From: an uncultured archaeon
GTDB taxonomy: Archaea > Micrarchaeota > Micrarchaeia > Micrarchaeales > CABMGC01
NCBI GenBank assembly: GCA_963787445.1
Contig: CAWBCT010000005.1
Span: 1-64,000 of the forward strand
DNA length: 64,000 nucleotides
Direction of reading: 5' to 3'
Under the pieces are notes generated by a model. The model ran no database searches and had not been told where the DNA came from. It worked only from the letters and a program-made list of their open reading frames with translations. The position numbers and the translations under genes were made by a program. Shown one piece after another: positions 20,133-29,618 of this stretch; the first letter of the stretch is position 1, and each line of letters opens with the position of its first letter.

Positions 20133-21118
20133 TGTTCCTGCTGATCGTCATCGTGGCGGTCGCTCTGGCGTTCGACTTCACCAACGGCTTCCACGACTCG
20201 GCCAACGCCATCGCCACGTCGATCTCGACGCGCGCCCTCTCGCCGCGGGTCGCGCTGCTCATGGCCGCCGTGCTGAACATGGTCGGCGCCTTCGTCAGCC
20301 AGAACGTGGCCAAGACCGTGGGCAAGGGCATCGTGACCTTGCCCACCGACTCACAGACGGTCGTGCTGGCCGCCCTGATCGGCGCCATCTGCTGGAACCT
20401 GGTCACCTGGTACCTCGGCCTGCCCTCCAGCTCGTCGCACGCCCTCATCGGCGGCCTCGTCGGCGCCACCCTCGTCGCGGTGGGTGCCAGCGGCGTGGAA
20501 TGGAGCGGCATCTGGCACAAGGTCGTCGTGCCCATGATCTCTTCGCCGCTGGTCGGCCTGCTGGTCGCGTTCCTGCTCATGAACCTCCTCCTGCTCCTCG
20601 TCTTTCGCTGGTCGCCGCGACCCGTGAACCGCACCTTCCGGGCCCTCCAGCCGGTCTCCGCCGGGGCGGTCGCCCTCGCCCACGGCATGAACGACGCCCA
20701 GAAGACCATGGGCGTGATCTGGCTGGCGCTGATCACCTCGGGCCACCTGTCGAAGACCGCCCCGATCCCCACCTGGGTGATCCTGGTGGCCGCGTCGTCG
20801 ATCGCCTGCGGCACCTACTTCGGCGGCTGGCGCATCATCCGCACGCTCGGCACGAAGGTCATCCACCTCGACCCGATCCACGGCTTCGCCGCCGAGACGA
20901 GCTCCGCGGCCGTCATCTGGACGGCCAGTGTCCTCGGCTACCCGATCTCCACGACACAGACCATCACGGCCTCGATCATGGGCGCCGGCACGACCGGCGG
21001 GCTGTCCGCCGTGAAGTGGGGCGTGGCCGGCAACATCGTCTGGGCCTGGGTCCTCACCATCCCCGCCGCCGGCCTCGTGGCGGCCGGCGCCTACTTCCTC
21101 ATCCATCTCCTCCACTGA
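20132..21118 (+). CDS. pit: Inorganic phosphate transporter (PiT family)
   Basis: FDFTNGFHDSANAIAT, GLPSSSSHALIGG, AHGMNDAQKTMG, GGWRIIRTLG, PISTTQ. Confidence 0.96.
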   Translation: MFLLIVIVAVALAFDFTNGFHDSANAIATSISTRALSPRVALLMAAVLNMVGAFVSQNVAKTVGKGIVTLPTDSQTVVLAALIGAICWNLVTWYLGLPSSSSHALIGGLVGATLVAVGASGVEWSGIWHKVVVPMISSPLVGLLVAFLLMNLLLLLVFRWSPRPVNRTFRALQPVSAGAVALAHGMNDAQKTMGVIWLALITSGHLSKTAPIPTWVILVAASSIACGTYFGGWRIIRTLGTKVIHLDPIHGFAAETSSAAVIWTASVLGYPISTTQTITASIMGAGTTGGLSAVKWGVAGNIVWAWVLTIPAAGLVAAGAYFLIHLLH

Positions 21119-21130
21119 CGGCCGCCAACT

Positions 21131-21160
21131 TTGACTTCACGAGCGCCTGTGCAGTAGCGT
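21131..21160 (+). promoter_or_regulatory. Sigma70-type promoter for the radical SAM gene
   Basis: TTGACT-N18-TAGCGT. Confidence 0.55.
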
Positions 21161-21243
21161 TAATCGATTCCCGTCCCGAACGTTCATCCCCCCGCCGCGC
21201 GAGCTCGCGTCGGCGCCGCCAGTAGCCCCCCAGGGCAGTCGAG

Positions 21244-22659
21244 GTGACTATGAGAATCCGCATGATCGAGCCGGAACCGGCCGACATGAACGTCTACAGC
21301 ATGGTGCAGATGGTGAGGCTCGGACTGCCGATCATCGGCGCCACGCTCAAGGCCGCCGGTCACGACGTCAAGATCTACAACTCCAACATCGCGCCGATCG
21401 ACTGGAACGACGTGTACGCCGCCGATCTCGTCGGCATCTCCACCACCACCTCGACCGTCACCGAAGGGTATCGGTTCGCCGAACAGTGCCGCGAGCGCGG
21501 CATCCCGGTCATCATGGGCGGCTCGCACGTCACCTTCATGGCCGACGAGGCCCTCCAGCACACCGACTTCGTCGCTCGCGGCGAGGGTGGCGAGCGGCTC
21601 ATGATCGAGCTCGTCGCCGCGCTCGAGTCGGGGAGCCCGTTCGACGCCATCCAGGGCCTGTCGTTCACGCGCGACGGCGTGGCGGTGCACAACGAGACGC
21701 GCGGGCAGTGCACCGTGCTCGACGAGCTGCCGTTTCCCGACCTCTCGCTCATCCACGGCTACGAGAACATGAAAACGACGCCGATCATGACGAGCTGGGG
21801 CTGCCCCTTCCACTGCAACTTCTGCTCGGTCACCGCCATGTTCGGCCGCAAGTACCGCTTCCGCAGCGCCGAGAACATCATCGCCGAGCTCAAACAGCGC
21901 CAGCCCCGCAAGATCTTCTTCTACGACGACAACATCGCCGCCGACAAGAAGCGCCTCAAGGAGCTGTTGCGGCTCATGATCGCCGAAGACATCGTCGTGC
22001 CCTGGTCGGCCCAGATGCGCACCGACGTGGTGCGCGACCCCGAGCTGCTCGACCTCATGCGTCGATCCGGCTGCAACCGCGCCTACCTCGGCCTCGAGTC
22101 GGTCAACCAGGCGACCCTCGACTCCTTCGACAAGCACCAGAGCGTCGACGACATCGTCCAGGCCATCCGCATCCTGCACGAGTACGGCATCGCCTCGCAC
22201 GGCATGTTCATGCTGGGCGCCGACACCGACACCAAGGAGTCGCTGCGCGAGACCGTCAAGTTCGCCATGAAGAACCACATCGACACGATCCAGCTCGCGG
22301 CCCTGACGCCGCTGCCCGGCACGCCGCTCTTCGAAGAGCTCGACGCGGCCGGACGCATCTTCGAGAAGCAGTGGCACCTCTACGACGCCCAGCACGTGGT
22401 CTTCGAACCGGCCAACATGACCGCCTACGAGCTGCAGCTCGAGGCCCTGCGCGGCTACATGAAGTTCTACTCGCTGCGCCAGTGGGCCAAGTACTTCTTC
22501 ACCTTCCGCTTCACCAAGCTGCTCTTCCAGAGCTGGGGCTGGTGGATCATCCGCATGTGGCGCAAGAACAAGGCCAATCAGGCCTTCATGCAGTCGCTCA
22601 AGAAGCTGCCGCGCGCCCACGGCCAGCAGCTCGCCCAGACGTCCGACTCAAAGCGCTGA
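21244..22659 (+). CDS. B12-binding domain radical SAM protein
   Basis: N-terminal B12-binding-like region (VIMGGSHVT, RGEGE), then SWGCPFHCNFC (CxxxCxxC), FFYDDNI, LGLES, LTPLPGTPLF. Confidence 0.93.
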   Translation: MTMRIRMIEPEPADMNVYSMVQMVRLGLPIIGATLKAAGHDVKIYNSNIAPIDWNDVYAADLVGISTTTSTVTEGYRFAEQCRERGIPVIMGGSHVTFMADEALQHTDFVARGEGGERLMIELVAALESGSPFDAIQGLSFTRDGVAVHNETRGQCTVLDELPFPDLSLIHGYENMKTTPIMTSWGCPFHCNFCSVTAMFGRKYRFRSAENIIAELKQRQPRKIFFYDDNIAADKKRLKELLRLMIAEDIVVPWSAQMRTDVVRDPELLDLMRRSGCNRAYLGLESVNQATLDSFDKHQSVDDIVQAIRILHEYGIASHGMFMLGADTDTKESLRETVKFAMKNHIDTIQLAALTPLPGTPLFEELDAAGRIFEKQWHLYDAQHVVFEPANMTAYELQLEALRGYMKFYSLRQWAKYFFTFRFTKLLFQSWGWWIIRMWRKNKANQAFMQSLKKLPRAHGQQLAQTSDSKR

Positions 22660-22714
22660 GCGCCCGCCGGCGGCAGCGGCCGCGGCGCGGCTTGCGCCGG
22701 CCGGCGAGCCGTGG

Positions 22715-23302
22715 TCAGCCGGCGAGCTCGACGATCTCGTAGACGACGAGCGTCACGTACACCGCGACGAGCGCGACGCTGGCCAGCAGCACGATGCGGC
22801 GGCGGCGCTGGGTCCACAGAAACAGCGCGCCGGCCGTCACGACGGCCATCTTGACGAGCGCCGCCGGCACGAACCCGAAGCGCAGGAAGAGCGCCATGAT
22901 GGCGTTGGCCTCGGTCGCCCCCAGGGCGAGCGCGCGCCGCGTGAGCAGCGCGTCCTCGAGATTGAGCAGCCACAGCGCGACGAGCGCGCCGCTGACGGCG
23001 AGCGCCTGCCAGCGCGGCGCCGGCGCCGCGACCGTCGTCGCGCAGACGCAGGCCGGCGCCAGCGCAAGACCCGCTCCCGGCACGTACGGCACGACCGAGA
23101 CGCGGCCGCAGTCGGGGCAGGTGTGCACGACGGCGAGGCCGGCTCCCTGAGGCTCGAGGCGCGGCGCCGGTCGCAGGCGCCGCTCGGGGCCGGGATAGGC
23201 GGGCAGGGTGCGAGCGCGCCGCTCCCGCCTGAGCTCGGCGCCGCGCAGCGCAGCCGACAACCTCTGGTCGACCCCGGGGTCGACGAAGACCACCGTGCTC
23301 AT
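22715..23302 (-). CDS. DUF5658-like membrane protein with an N-terminal CxxC...CxC segment
   Basis: LLNLEDALLT..AL.LGATEANAIM and three hydrophobic helices, preceded by HTCPDCG...ACVC. Confidence 0.65.
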   Translation of the reverse strand: MSTVVFVDPGVDQRLSAALRGAELRRERRARTLPAYPGPERRLRPAPRLEPQGAGLAVVHTCPDCGRVSVVPYVPGAGLALAPACVCATTVAAPAPRWQALAVSGALVALWLLNLEDALLTRRALALGATEANAIMALFLRFGFVPAALVKMAVVTAGALFLWTQRRRRIVLLASVALVAVYVTLVVYEIVELAG

Positions 23303-23476
23303 CGTGCCGATCGTGGCGCGGGCCACCGCGGGCCACACGCGTGGGACGTCGTGATCACGTCGTCACCCCCTCATCGCGCACTGTATGCCCAGGGCGTGCC
23401 GGATGCCAACAGGGCGCGGCGTTGGCGTCGCCGGGCGCTTGTAAAGGCGATGGGGCGATGGTACGGTACCCCGGAC

Positions 23477-23556
23477 CTTCGCTGGAGCCATCGGGGGTCG
23501 TTTTCTGGGAACTGTCGCATCGGGCGGCAACGGGCGCTCACCTCGTGGGTGCGAAG
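23477..23556 (+). promoter_or_regulatory. Shortened c-di-AMP (ydaO/yuaA)-like riboswitch
   Basis: CTTCGC/GCGAAG closing stem. The 5' GCTGGAGCC-ATCGGGGG and 3' GCTCACCTCGTGGGT resemble the ydaO terminal motifs. Located in the leader of a peptidoglycan hydrolase. Confidence 0.6.
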
Positions 23557-23589
23557 ACCGAGTCGTCGTACCCCGCAAGGAGGCGATGC

Positions 23590-24603
23590 ATGAAGCGCAA
23601 TCGCAGACTCTTCCTCGTCGCACTCGCCGCCCTCCTCGTCCTCCCCTTCGCCCTTCCCTCCGCCGCCTCCGCCGACACCGTCGCCCAGAAACGCGCCCAC
23701 GCGCGGGCCATCATGGGCGAGCTCGCCACGCTCGACGTCAAGATGGAGAAGGTCGTCGAGCGCTACGACGCGGCGACCGGCAAGCTGGCCACCATCAACG
23801 CGAGCGTCGCCAAGAACCAGCGCACCCTGGCCCTGACGCGCTACAACCTGCAGATGGCCAAGACCCAGCTCCAGAACCGCGTCGTGGCCATGTACAAGCA
23901 GCGGCCCGTCGAGCTGCTCGACGTGATGCTCGCCACCAAGAGCTTCTCCTCGATGGTCGACCAGCTCGACCTGCTCGACCGGGTGGGCACCAGCGACTCC
24001 ACCATGGTCGACTCGATCGGCGACTATCAGACGACGATCGTGGCCACCCAGAAGACCCTCGTGACCGACCGCACGGCCGCCGAACAGCTCGTCGCCCAGC
24101 GCGCCACCGAAAAGGCCGGGGTCGAAAGCGCCCTGGCGGCGCGACAGTCGATGCTGCGCGGCGTCAAGGCGCAGATCGCCCAGCTCGTCGCCCAGCAGGC
24201 CCAGGCGGCCAAGCAGGCCGCCCAGAAGCAGGGCGCCGTGCTGCCGATCGGCCCCATCAACGCCGACCACAGCAGCGTGGTGGCCTTCGCCGAGAGCTTC
24301 GTGGGCAAGGTGCCGTACGTGTGGGGCGGCTCTTCGCCCGCCGGCTTCGACTGCTCGGGCTTCACGATGTACGTCTACTCCAACTTCGGCGTGAGCCTGC
24401 CGCACAATGCGGCCGCTCAGCAGGCCTGTACGACGCCGGTACCCAGCGGCCAGGAGCAGCCCGGCGACCTCGTCTTCTTCGGCTCGCCGGCCTACCACGT
24501 CGGCCTCTACGTCGGCGGTGGCAGCATGGTCAACGCGCCGCACACCGGCGCCTACGTCAGCTACGGCTCCGTCGCCGGCGCAGCGGGGTTCGGCCGGCCC
24601 TGA
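23590..24603 (+). CDS. Secreted coiled-coil NlpC/P60 peptidoglycan endopeptidase (CwlO/RipA-like)
   Basis: Signal peptide MKRNRRLFLVALAALL..., PcsB-like coiled coil, PYVWGG...GFDCSGF, PGDLVFF, HVGLYVG. SD AAGGAGG. Confidence 0.95.
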   Translation: MKRNRRLFLVALAALLVLPFALPSAASADTVAQKRAHARAIMGELATLDVKMEKVVERYDAATGKLATINASVAKNQRTLALTRYNLQMAKTQLQNRVVAMYKQRPVELLDVMLATKSFSSMVDQLDLLDRVGTSDSTMVDSIGDYQTTIVATQKTLVTDRTAAEQLVAQRATEKAGVESALAARQSMLRGVKAQIAQLVAQQAQAAKQAAQKQGAVLPIGPINADHSSVVAFAESFVGKVPYVWGGSSPAGFDCSGFTMYVYSNFGVSLPHNAAAQQACTTPVPSGQEQPGDLVFFGSPAYHVGLYVGGGSMVNAPHTGAYVSYGSVAGAAGFGRP

Positions 24604-24739
24604 GACCTCGCCCGGCCGCGCCCCACGGGCGCGGCGCCGACCCCGTCACAGCCTCGCTTCATCGCTCAAGGGTAAACATCTGCGCGCACCCGCCGATTAT
24701 GAAGGTGAACCCGCTGTCGGCAGACGGAGATGACGCGAC

Positions 24740-25831
24740 GTGAAGACGGTAGACGAGCTGCTCCACGAGATGGTCACGCGCACCGCCTCCGACCTTCACA
24801 TCAAGGCCGGCAGCCCCCCGGTGGTGCGCGTCGACGGCGATCTGCACCTGCTCGACGAGCCCGTGCTTTCGCCCGAAGACACCAAGGATGCCGCCGCCTC
24901 GATCATGACCGACAAGCAGATCCGGCGCTTCAGCGAGCACAACGAGATCGACTTCGCCTACTCGGCGCCGGCCATCGGCCGCTTCCGCGTGAACATCTAC
25001 CGCCAGCGCGGCAGCATCTCGGTCGCCATGCGCCAGGTGGCGACGCAGATCCCCTCGTTCGAGGAGCTGCACCTGCCCGAGGTCATCAAGCGCCTGGCGC
25101 TCGAGCCCCGCGGCCTGCTGCTGGTGACGGGCACCACGGGGTCGGGCAAGACGACCACCCTCGCCGCCATGATCGACCACATCAACAACACCATGCGCAA
25201 GCACATCGTGACGATCGAAGACCCCATCGAGGTGCTGCACAAGGACCGCAAGGCGATCATCAACCAGCGCGAGATCGGCCTCGACACCGAGTCGTACGAG
25301 TCGGCGCTGAAGTACGTGCTGCGCCAGGACCCCGACGACATCCTCATCGGCGAGATGCGCGACGTCGAGACCGTCTCGGCGGCCCTCACCGCCGCCCAGA
25401 CCGGTCACTTCGTGATGAGCACGCTGCACACCATCGACGCCACCGAGACCATCAACCGCATCATCGACTTCTTCCCGCTGCACCAGCAGAAGCAGGTGCG
25501 CATCATGCTGGCCGGCACGTTGCGCGGCATCATCTCGCAGCGCCTGCTGCCGCGGGCCGACGGCCAGGGCCGGGTGCCGGCCATCGAGGTCATGGTGATG
25601 ACCAGCCGCATCCGCGACTTCGTGCTCGACGCCGACCAGACCTCGGCGATCGGCCAGGCCATCAAAGAGGGCGAGTTCTACGGCATGACGACCTTCGACC
25701 AGGCGCTGCTGAGCCTCTACGAGCAGGGTCTGATCACCCTGCACGACGCCGCCCAGGTGGCCAGCAACCCGCACGACTTCAAGCTGCTCGTGCAGGCCCA
25801 GGGGCACGACGTCAGCCTGATGACCTTCTAG
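24740..25831 (+). CDS. pilT: Type IV pilus retraction ATPase (PilT/PilU family)
   Basis: ASDLHIKAGSPP, TGTTGSGKTTTLAAMI, TIEDPIE, LRQDPD.ILIGEMRD, STLHT, GMTTFDQAL. Lacks a clear AIRNLIRE motif, so it may be PilU-like. Confidence 0.9.
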   Translation: MKTVDELLHEMVTRTASDLHIKAGSPPVVRVDGDLHLLDEPVLSPEDTKDAAASIMTDKQIRRFSEHNEIDFAYSAPAIGRFRVNIYRQRGSISVAMRQVATQIPSFEELHLPEVIKRLALEPRGLLLVTGTTGSGKTTTLAAMIDHINNTMRKHIVTIEDPIEVLHKDRKAIINQREIGLDTESYESALKYVLRQDPDDILIGEMRDVETVSAALTAAQTGHFVMSTLHTIDATETINRIIDFFPLHQQKQVRIMLAGTLRGIISQRLLPRADGQGRVPAIEVMVMTSRIRDFVLDADQTSAIGQAIKEGEFYGMTTFDQALLSLYEQGLITLHDAAQVASNPHDFKLLVQAQGHDVSLMTF

Positions 25832-25926
25832 AAGGGCGAAAGCGACCCGCCCGGCGCTGCCGGTCGGGCGCCGGCGCCGCGAACTCAGACGGACTCGAGC
25901 GCCGCCGCCGGGCGGCGCCCCCCGGG

Positions 25927-26610
25927 CTACTGCAGGACCTTGCGGCTCTCGAGATGCAGGTCGACCTTACGCTTGATGCGCTGCAGTGCGTTGTCGACGG
26001 TCTTGCAGTCGCAGTCGAGCTGGCGAGCGATCTTCTCGTACGACAGGCCCTGCAGGTACAGGCGCAACACGCGGCTCTCGAGGTTGGAGAGCAGGCGCGT
26101 GAGGCAGTGCTTGAGGCTCTGCACCTCTTCGGCGGAGATCACCTGGTTGACCGGGTCGTTGACCGACGAGCCCGGCAGGATGTCGGCCAGGCTGCATTCG
26201 CTGTCGTCGCCGGCGTCGCCGGGGGTATGGCTGAACGACAGGTAGCCGTTGAGCGGCACGTGCTTCTGACGGGTGGCGGTCTTGATGGCGGTGATGATCT
26301 GGCGCGTGATGCACAGCTCGGCGAAGCTGCGAAACGACGCCTGACGGTCGTCGCGGTAGTCGCGCACCGCCTTGTACAGACCGACCATGCCCTCCTGGAT
26401 CAGGTCTTCGGAGTCGCCGCCGGCGAGGAAGTACGAGCTGGCCTTGAGCCGCACGAACTGGTGGTAGCGCAGGATCAGGGCGTTGAGGGCGCTCTGGTTG
26501 CCGCGGCGGTAGGAGTTGACGAGGGCGAGATCGGAACTCTCTGAGTGGACCTGAGGGTTAGAAAGACGACCAGCCGATCGGCTGGTGTCGGCCTGTCGCC
26601 GCTGCGTCAT
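25927..26610 (-). CDS. sigH: RNA polymerase sigma factor SigH (Firmicutes-type)
   Basis: YFLAGGDSEDLIQEGMVGLYKAVRDY, SFRSFAELCITRQIITAIKTATRQKH.PLN, K.VDNALQRIKRK. Confidence 0.95.
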   Translation of the reverse strand: MTQRRQADTSRSAGRLSNPQVHSESSDLALVNSYRRGNQSALNALILRYHQFVRLKASSYFLAGGDSEDLIQEGMVGLYKAVRDYRDDRQASFRSFAELCITRQIITAIKTATRQKHVPLNGYLSFSHTPGDAGDDSECSLADILPGSSVNDPVNQVISAEEVQSLKHCLTRLLSNLESRVLRLYLQGLSYEKIARQLDCDCKTVDNALQRIKRKVDLHLESRKVLQ

Positions 26611-26647
26611 GCCGTCTGACCCCCCGAGCTGAGCCTGAGTGGCGCGA

Positions 26648-27163
26648 CTAGCCGCCCTCCCGCCTCAGGCGTTCCAGCTTGCGCCAAGTCTCAAGGTCAA
26701 GTTTATCCTCAAGTGTTGTCGGTATTGTACTGGTCTTCTCGTCGTTTGCAAGCTCTTTGTGGCTGACGCCGATCTCGGCGCCCAGCTCGCGAGGGGTCAT
26801 GCGACGCACGCCGGCCCGGGTCGCCGTACGCTGCACCTCGTAGTCGGCCGAAACGACGACGATGGCGGCGTCGGCCGGCTCGTCGGCGACCAGCCGGGCG
26901 ATCATCTCGTCGGCCGACTGCGAACCGCCGGCGAAGCACACCTCGACCCGCGTGCCGGCCAGTCGCTCGCAGGTCGACCGGGGCTGCGAGTGGGCGTCGA
27001 AGACGAGGGTGACCTGGGCGCCGCGCAGGGCGGCGAAGCCGGCGAGCTGGTCGGCCAGCCAGCGGCGCCGGTCCTCGAGCTGCTCGAGCTGGAGGCCCGG
27101 GAACAGGGCGTGCAGGACGTTGTAGCCGTCGACGATGTAGGAGTCGTGAGCGCCCGCGGCCAT
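26648..27163 (-). CDS. NYN-domain ribonuclease (YacP/Rae1 family)
   Basis: YIVDGYNVLH, LVFDA, SADEMI, VVSADYEVQ; syntenic between rlmB and sigH. Confidence 0.9.
   Translation of the reverse strand: MAAGAHDSYIVDGYNVLHALFPGLQLEQLEDRRRWLADQLAGFAALRGAQVTLVFDAHSQPRSTCERLAGTRVEVCFAGGSQSADEMIARLVADEPADAAIVVVSADYEVQRTATRAGVRRMTPRELGAEIGVSHKELANDEKTSTIPTTLEDKLDLETWRKLERLRREGG
26724..26751 (-). promoter_or_regulatory. Internal sigmaA-type promoter for sigH inside the 3' end of yacP
   Basis: TTGCAA-N16-TACAAT on the minus strand, within a locally AT-rich patch ~110 nt upstream of the sigH ATG. Confidence 0.6.
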
Positions 27164-27167
27164 GCCG

Positions 27168-28035
27168 TCAGGCTCCCCCGCGCAGACCGGGCTCGCGCCC
27201 GGGCGGCCGGGCGGCCGTGAGCGCCCGGCCCTGACGGCGCACCTCGTAGAGAAACAGGGCGGCGGCCACGCTCACGTTCAGGCTGTCGACCGGACCCTGC
27301 ATGGGGATCGCGGCAAGCTCGTCGCAGGCGCGGCGCACCAGCGGGCGCAGCCCGCGGCCCTCCGCGCCGAACACCAGCACCACCTTGCCGGAGAGATCGA
27401 GGGCGTCGTAGGGGCGGCCGGCGTCGCCGGCCGCCCCGTACACCCAGTGTCCGGCTTGCTGGCACTCGGCCAGAAAGCCGGCCACGTTGGTGACGTGGGC
27501 GATGTCGAGATGCTCGGTGGCTCCCGCCGAAGCCTTGACCGCCGCCGGTGTGACCGCGGCCGAGCGGTGCCGGGGCAGCGCGAGGCCGCCGGCGCCGGCC
27601 CCCAGGGCGCTGCGCGCGATGGCGCCCAGGTTGCGGGGGTCGGTCACCTCGTCGAGCACGACGAGCAGGTCGCAGACCAGCAGCGCGCCCGGCGCGACGT
27701 ACGGGTAGTCGCCCACCAGGCAGGCCACGCCCTGGTGCTCGTGGCTGCCGGTGAGCTGCTGCAGCTCGCGCGACTCCACCCGTTCGAAGCTCGACGCCCT
27801 GGGCTGCGCCTGCGCCCGCGACGACGTGGGCCGCGCCGGCGACGCCGTGGCCGGCCAGCCAGGCGGCGCCTTCGGGGGTCGCCACGAGCCTTCGCGGGCG
27901 GCGCTTCGCGCCGCCCGCGAAGGCCAGGCGCACGACCTGCCGGCCGTCAGAGCCAGTCCACGGTCAACGGCGGGAGCGGCGGCCTGCGGCTCCCGCCGCT
28001 CCCGCGGCGCCCCTGCGAGTCGTCGCGGCGCCCAT
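27168..28035 (-). CDS. rlmB: 23S rRNA (Gm2251) methyltransferase RlmB; frameshifts in the 5' part
   Basis: HQGVA, LDEVTDPRNLGAIARSA, KASAGA, VFGAEGRGL, IPMQGPVDSLNVSVAA. The N-terminus is split across frames. Confidence 0.9.
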
Positions 28036-29618
28036 CAGCCCCTGCGCACGACCTGCGTGCCGGCCGGCGTGTCGCGCACCTCGAACCCGGCGGCCACGAG
28101 GCGGTCGCGCAGGGCGTCGGCGCCGGCCCAGTCCTTCTGCGCCCGCAGGTGGTCGCGCAGCCGGCAGGCATAGGTGGCATCGCCGCACGACAGACGCTCG
28201 TCGACGAGCTCGGCCAGATCGTCCCAGCGGCCCTCCGCCGAAAGGCGCGCGGCCGGCGGCAGCGGCACGTCGTCGGTGGCGCAGACCTCGCCGTCGGCGG
28301 CGACCGCCTGCGACGCGGCGGCCCGGCGGCCGCTCGGCGCGCCGCTCGGCGACACCGACAGCTCGTCGTCGGGCAGGGTGATGCACAGGTCGTCGAGGCA
28401 CGAGACGAGGAGGTCCTCGACGCCTTCGAGGGTGTCCGTGTCGGCGGCGTGACCGGCGGCATCGGTGGCGCCGACGTAGCGAAACAGCTCGCGGCCCAGG
28501 CCGAACAGCTCGCCGAGCGCGGCGGCGGTGTTCAGGTCGTCGTCCATGTGCTCGGCAAAGGCCGATCCGGGCATGGTCGAGCGCGGCCCGCAGCTCGGCG
28601 GCGTCGTGGGTCTCGCCGCGACCGGGGTTGTCGGCCCGGAAGCTGGCCGTGCGCACCGCCTCGCGCAGGCGCTCGTAGGCCGCCGCGGCCTCGTCGAGCT
28701 TCTCCAGTGAGAACTCGAGCGGGCTGCGGTAATGGGTCGTCAGGAAGTAGGTGAGCACGACCGGCGCCGGGTAGCGCTCGAGCACCTCGCGCAGCAGGAA
28801 GATGTTGCCGACCGACTTGGCCATCTTCTCGCCCTCGGCGCGGATCATGCCGTTGTGCATCCAGACGCGGGCGAAGGGCAGGCCGGCGGCCTCGGCCTGG
28901 GCGATCTCGTTCTCGTGGTGGGGGAAGATCAGGTCGCGGCCGCCGCCGTGGATGTCGAAGCCGGCCCCCAGGTAGCGCAGGCCCATGGCCGAGCATTCGA
29001 TGTGCCAGCCCGGGCGGCCCTTGCCCCATGGGCTGTCCCAGGATGGTCGCCTCTCCGGGCTTGGCCGCCTTCCACACACGAAGTCGAGCGGGTCGTCTTT
29101 GCCCGGCTCGGCCTCGACTCGCGTCTCTTCGGCGAGCTCGTCGATGCGCTGCCTGGACAGCTTGCCGTACTCGGGGAAGCTGCGCACGCGAAAGTAGACG
29201 CTGCCCTGCGCCTCGTAGGCGTGGCCCGCGGCGATGAGCTGGCAGACGAGGTCGATGATCTCGGGGATGGTCTCGCTGGCCAGCGGCTCGACGTCGGCCG
29301 CGGCACGCCGAGCCGGTCGGTGTCGTCGAGATAGGCCTGCGCGTACTCGGCTGCGACGGCGACCGGCGAACGACCCTCGGCATCGGCCTTGGCGTTGATC
29401 TTGTCGTTGACGTCGGTGATGTTCTCGACCAGCGTGACGTGGTAGCCGCGCGAGGTCAGCCAGGCCCGCAGCACGGCGAAGACGACATACGGGCGGGCGT
29501 TGCCGACGTGCACGTAGTTGTAGACCGTAGGACCGCAGGCGTAGATGCCCACCTTGCCGGCGTCGCGCGGGACGAGCTCCTCTTTGCGCTGGGTGAGTGA
29601 GTTGAAGAGCCTGATCAC
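28035..29618 (-). CDS. cysS: Cysteine--tRNA ligase; several frameshifts
   Basis: [94 protein letters not shown]...VRDTP.GT. Confidence 0.95.

Noticed and set aside
24740-25831. Stand-alone pilT as part of a new machine with the NlpC/P60 gene
   Set aside because: Orphan pilT/pilU paralogues are common, and a hairpin-containing 136-nt gap separates the two genes. There is no further evidence of linkage.
25927-26610. SigH as evidence of sporulation
   Set aside because: SigH in the cysS-rlmB-yacP context also occurs in non-sporulating lineages, and there are no spo genes in the window.
27168-29618. cysS and rlmB decay
   Set aside because: Same indel pattern next to the chimeric junction; cysS is essential and its motifs are intact.
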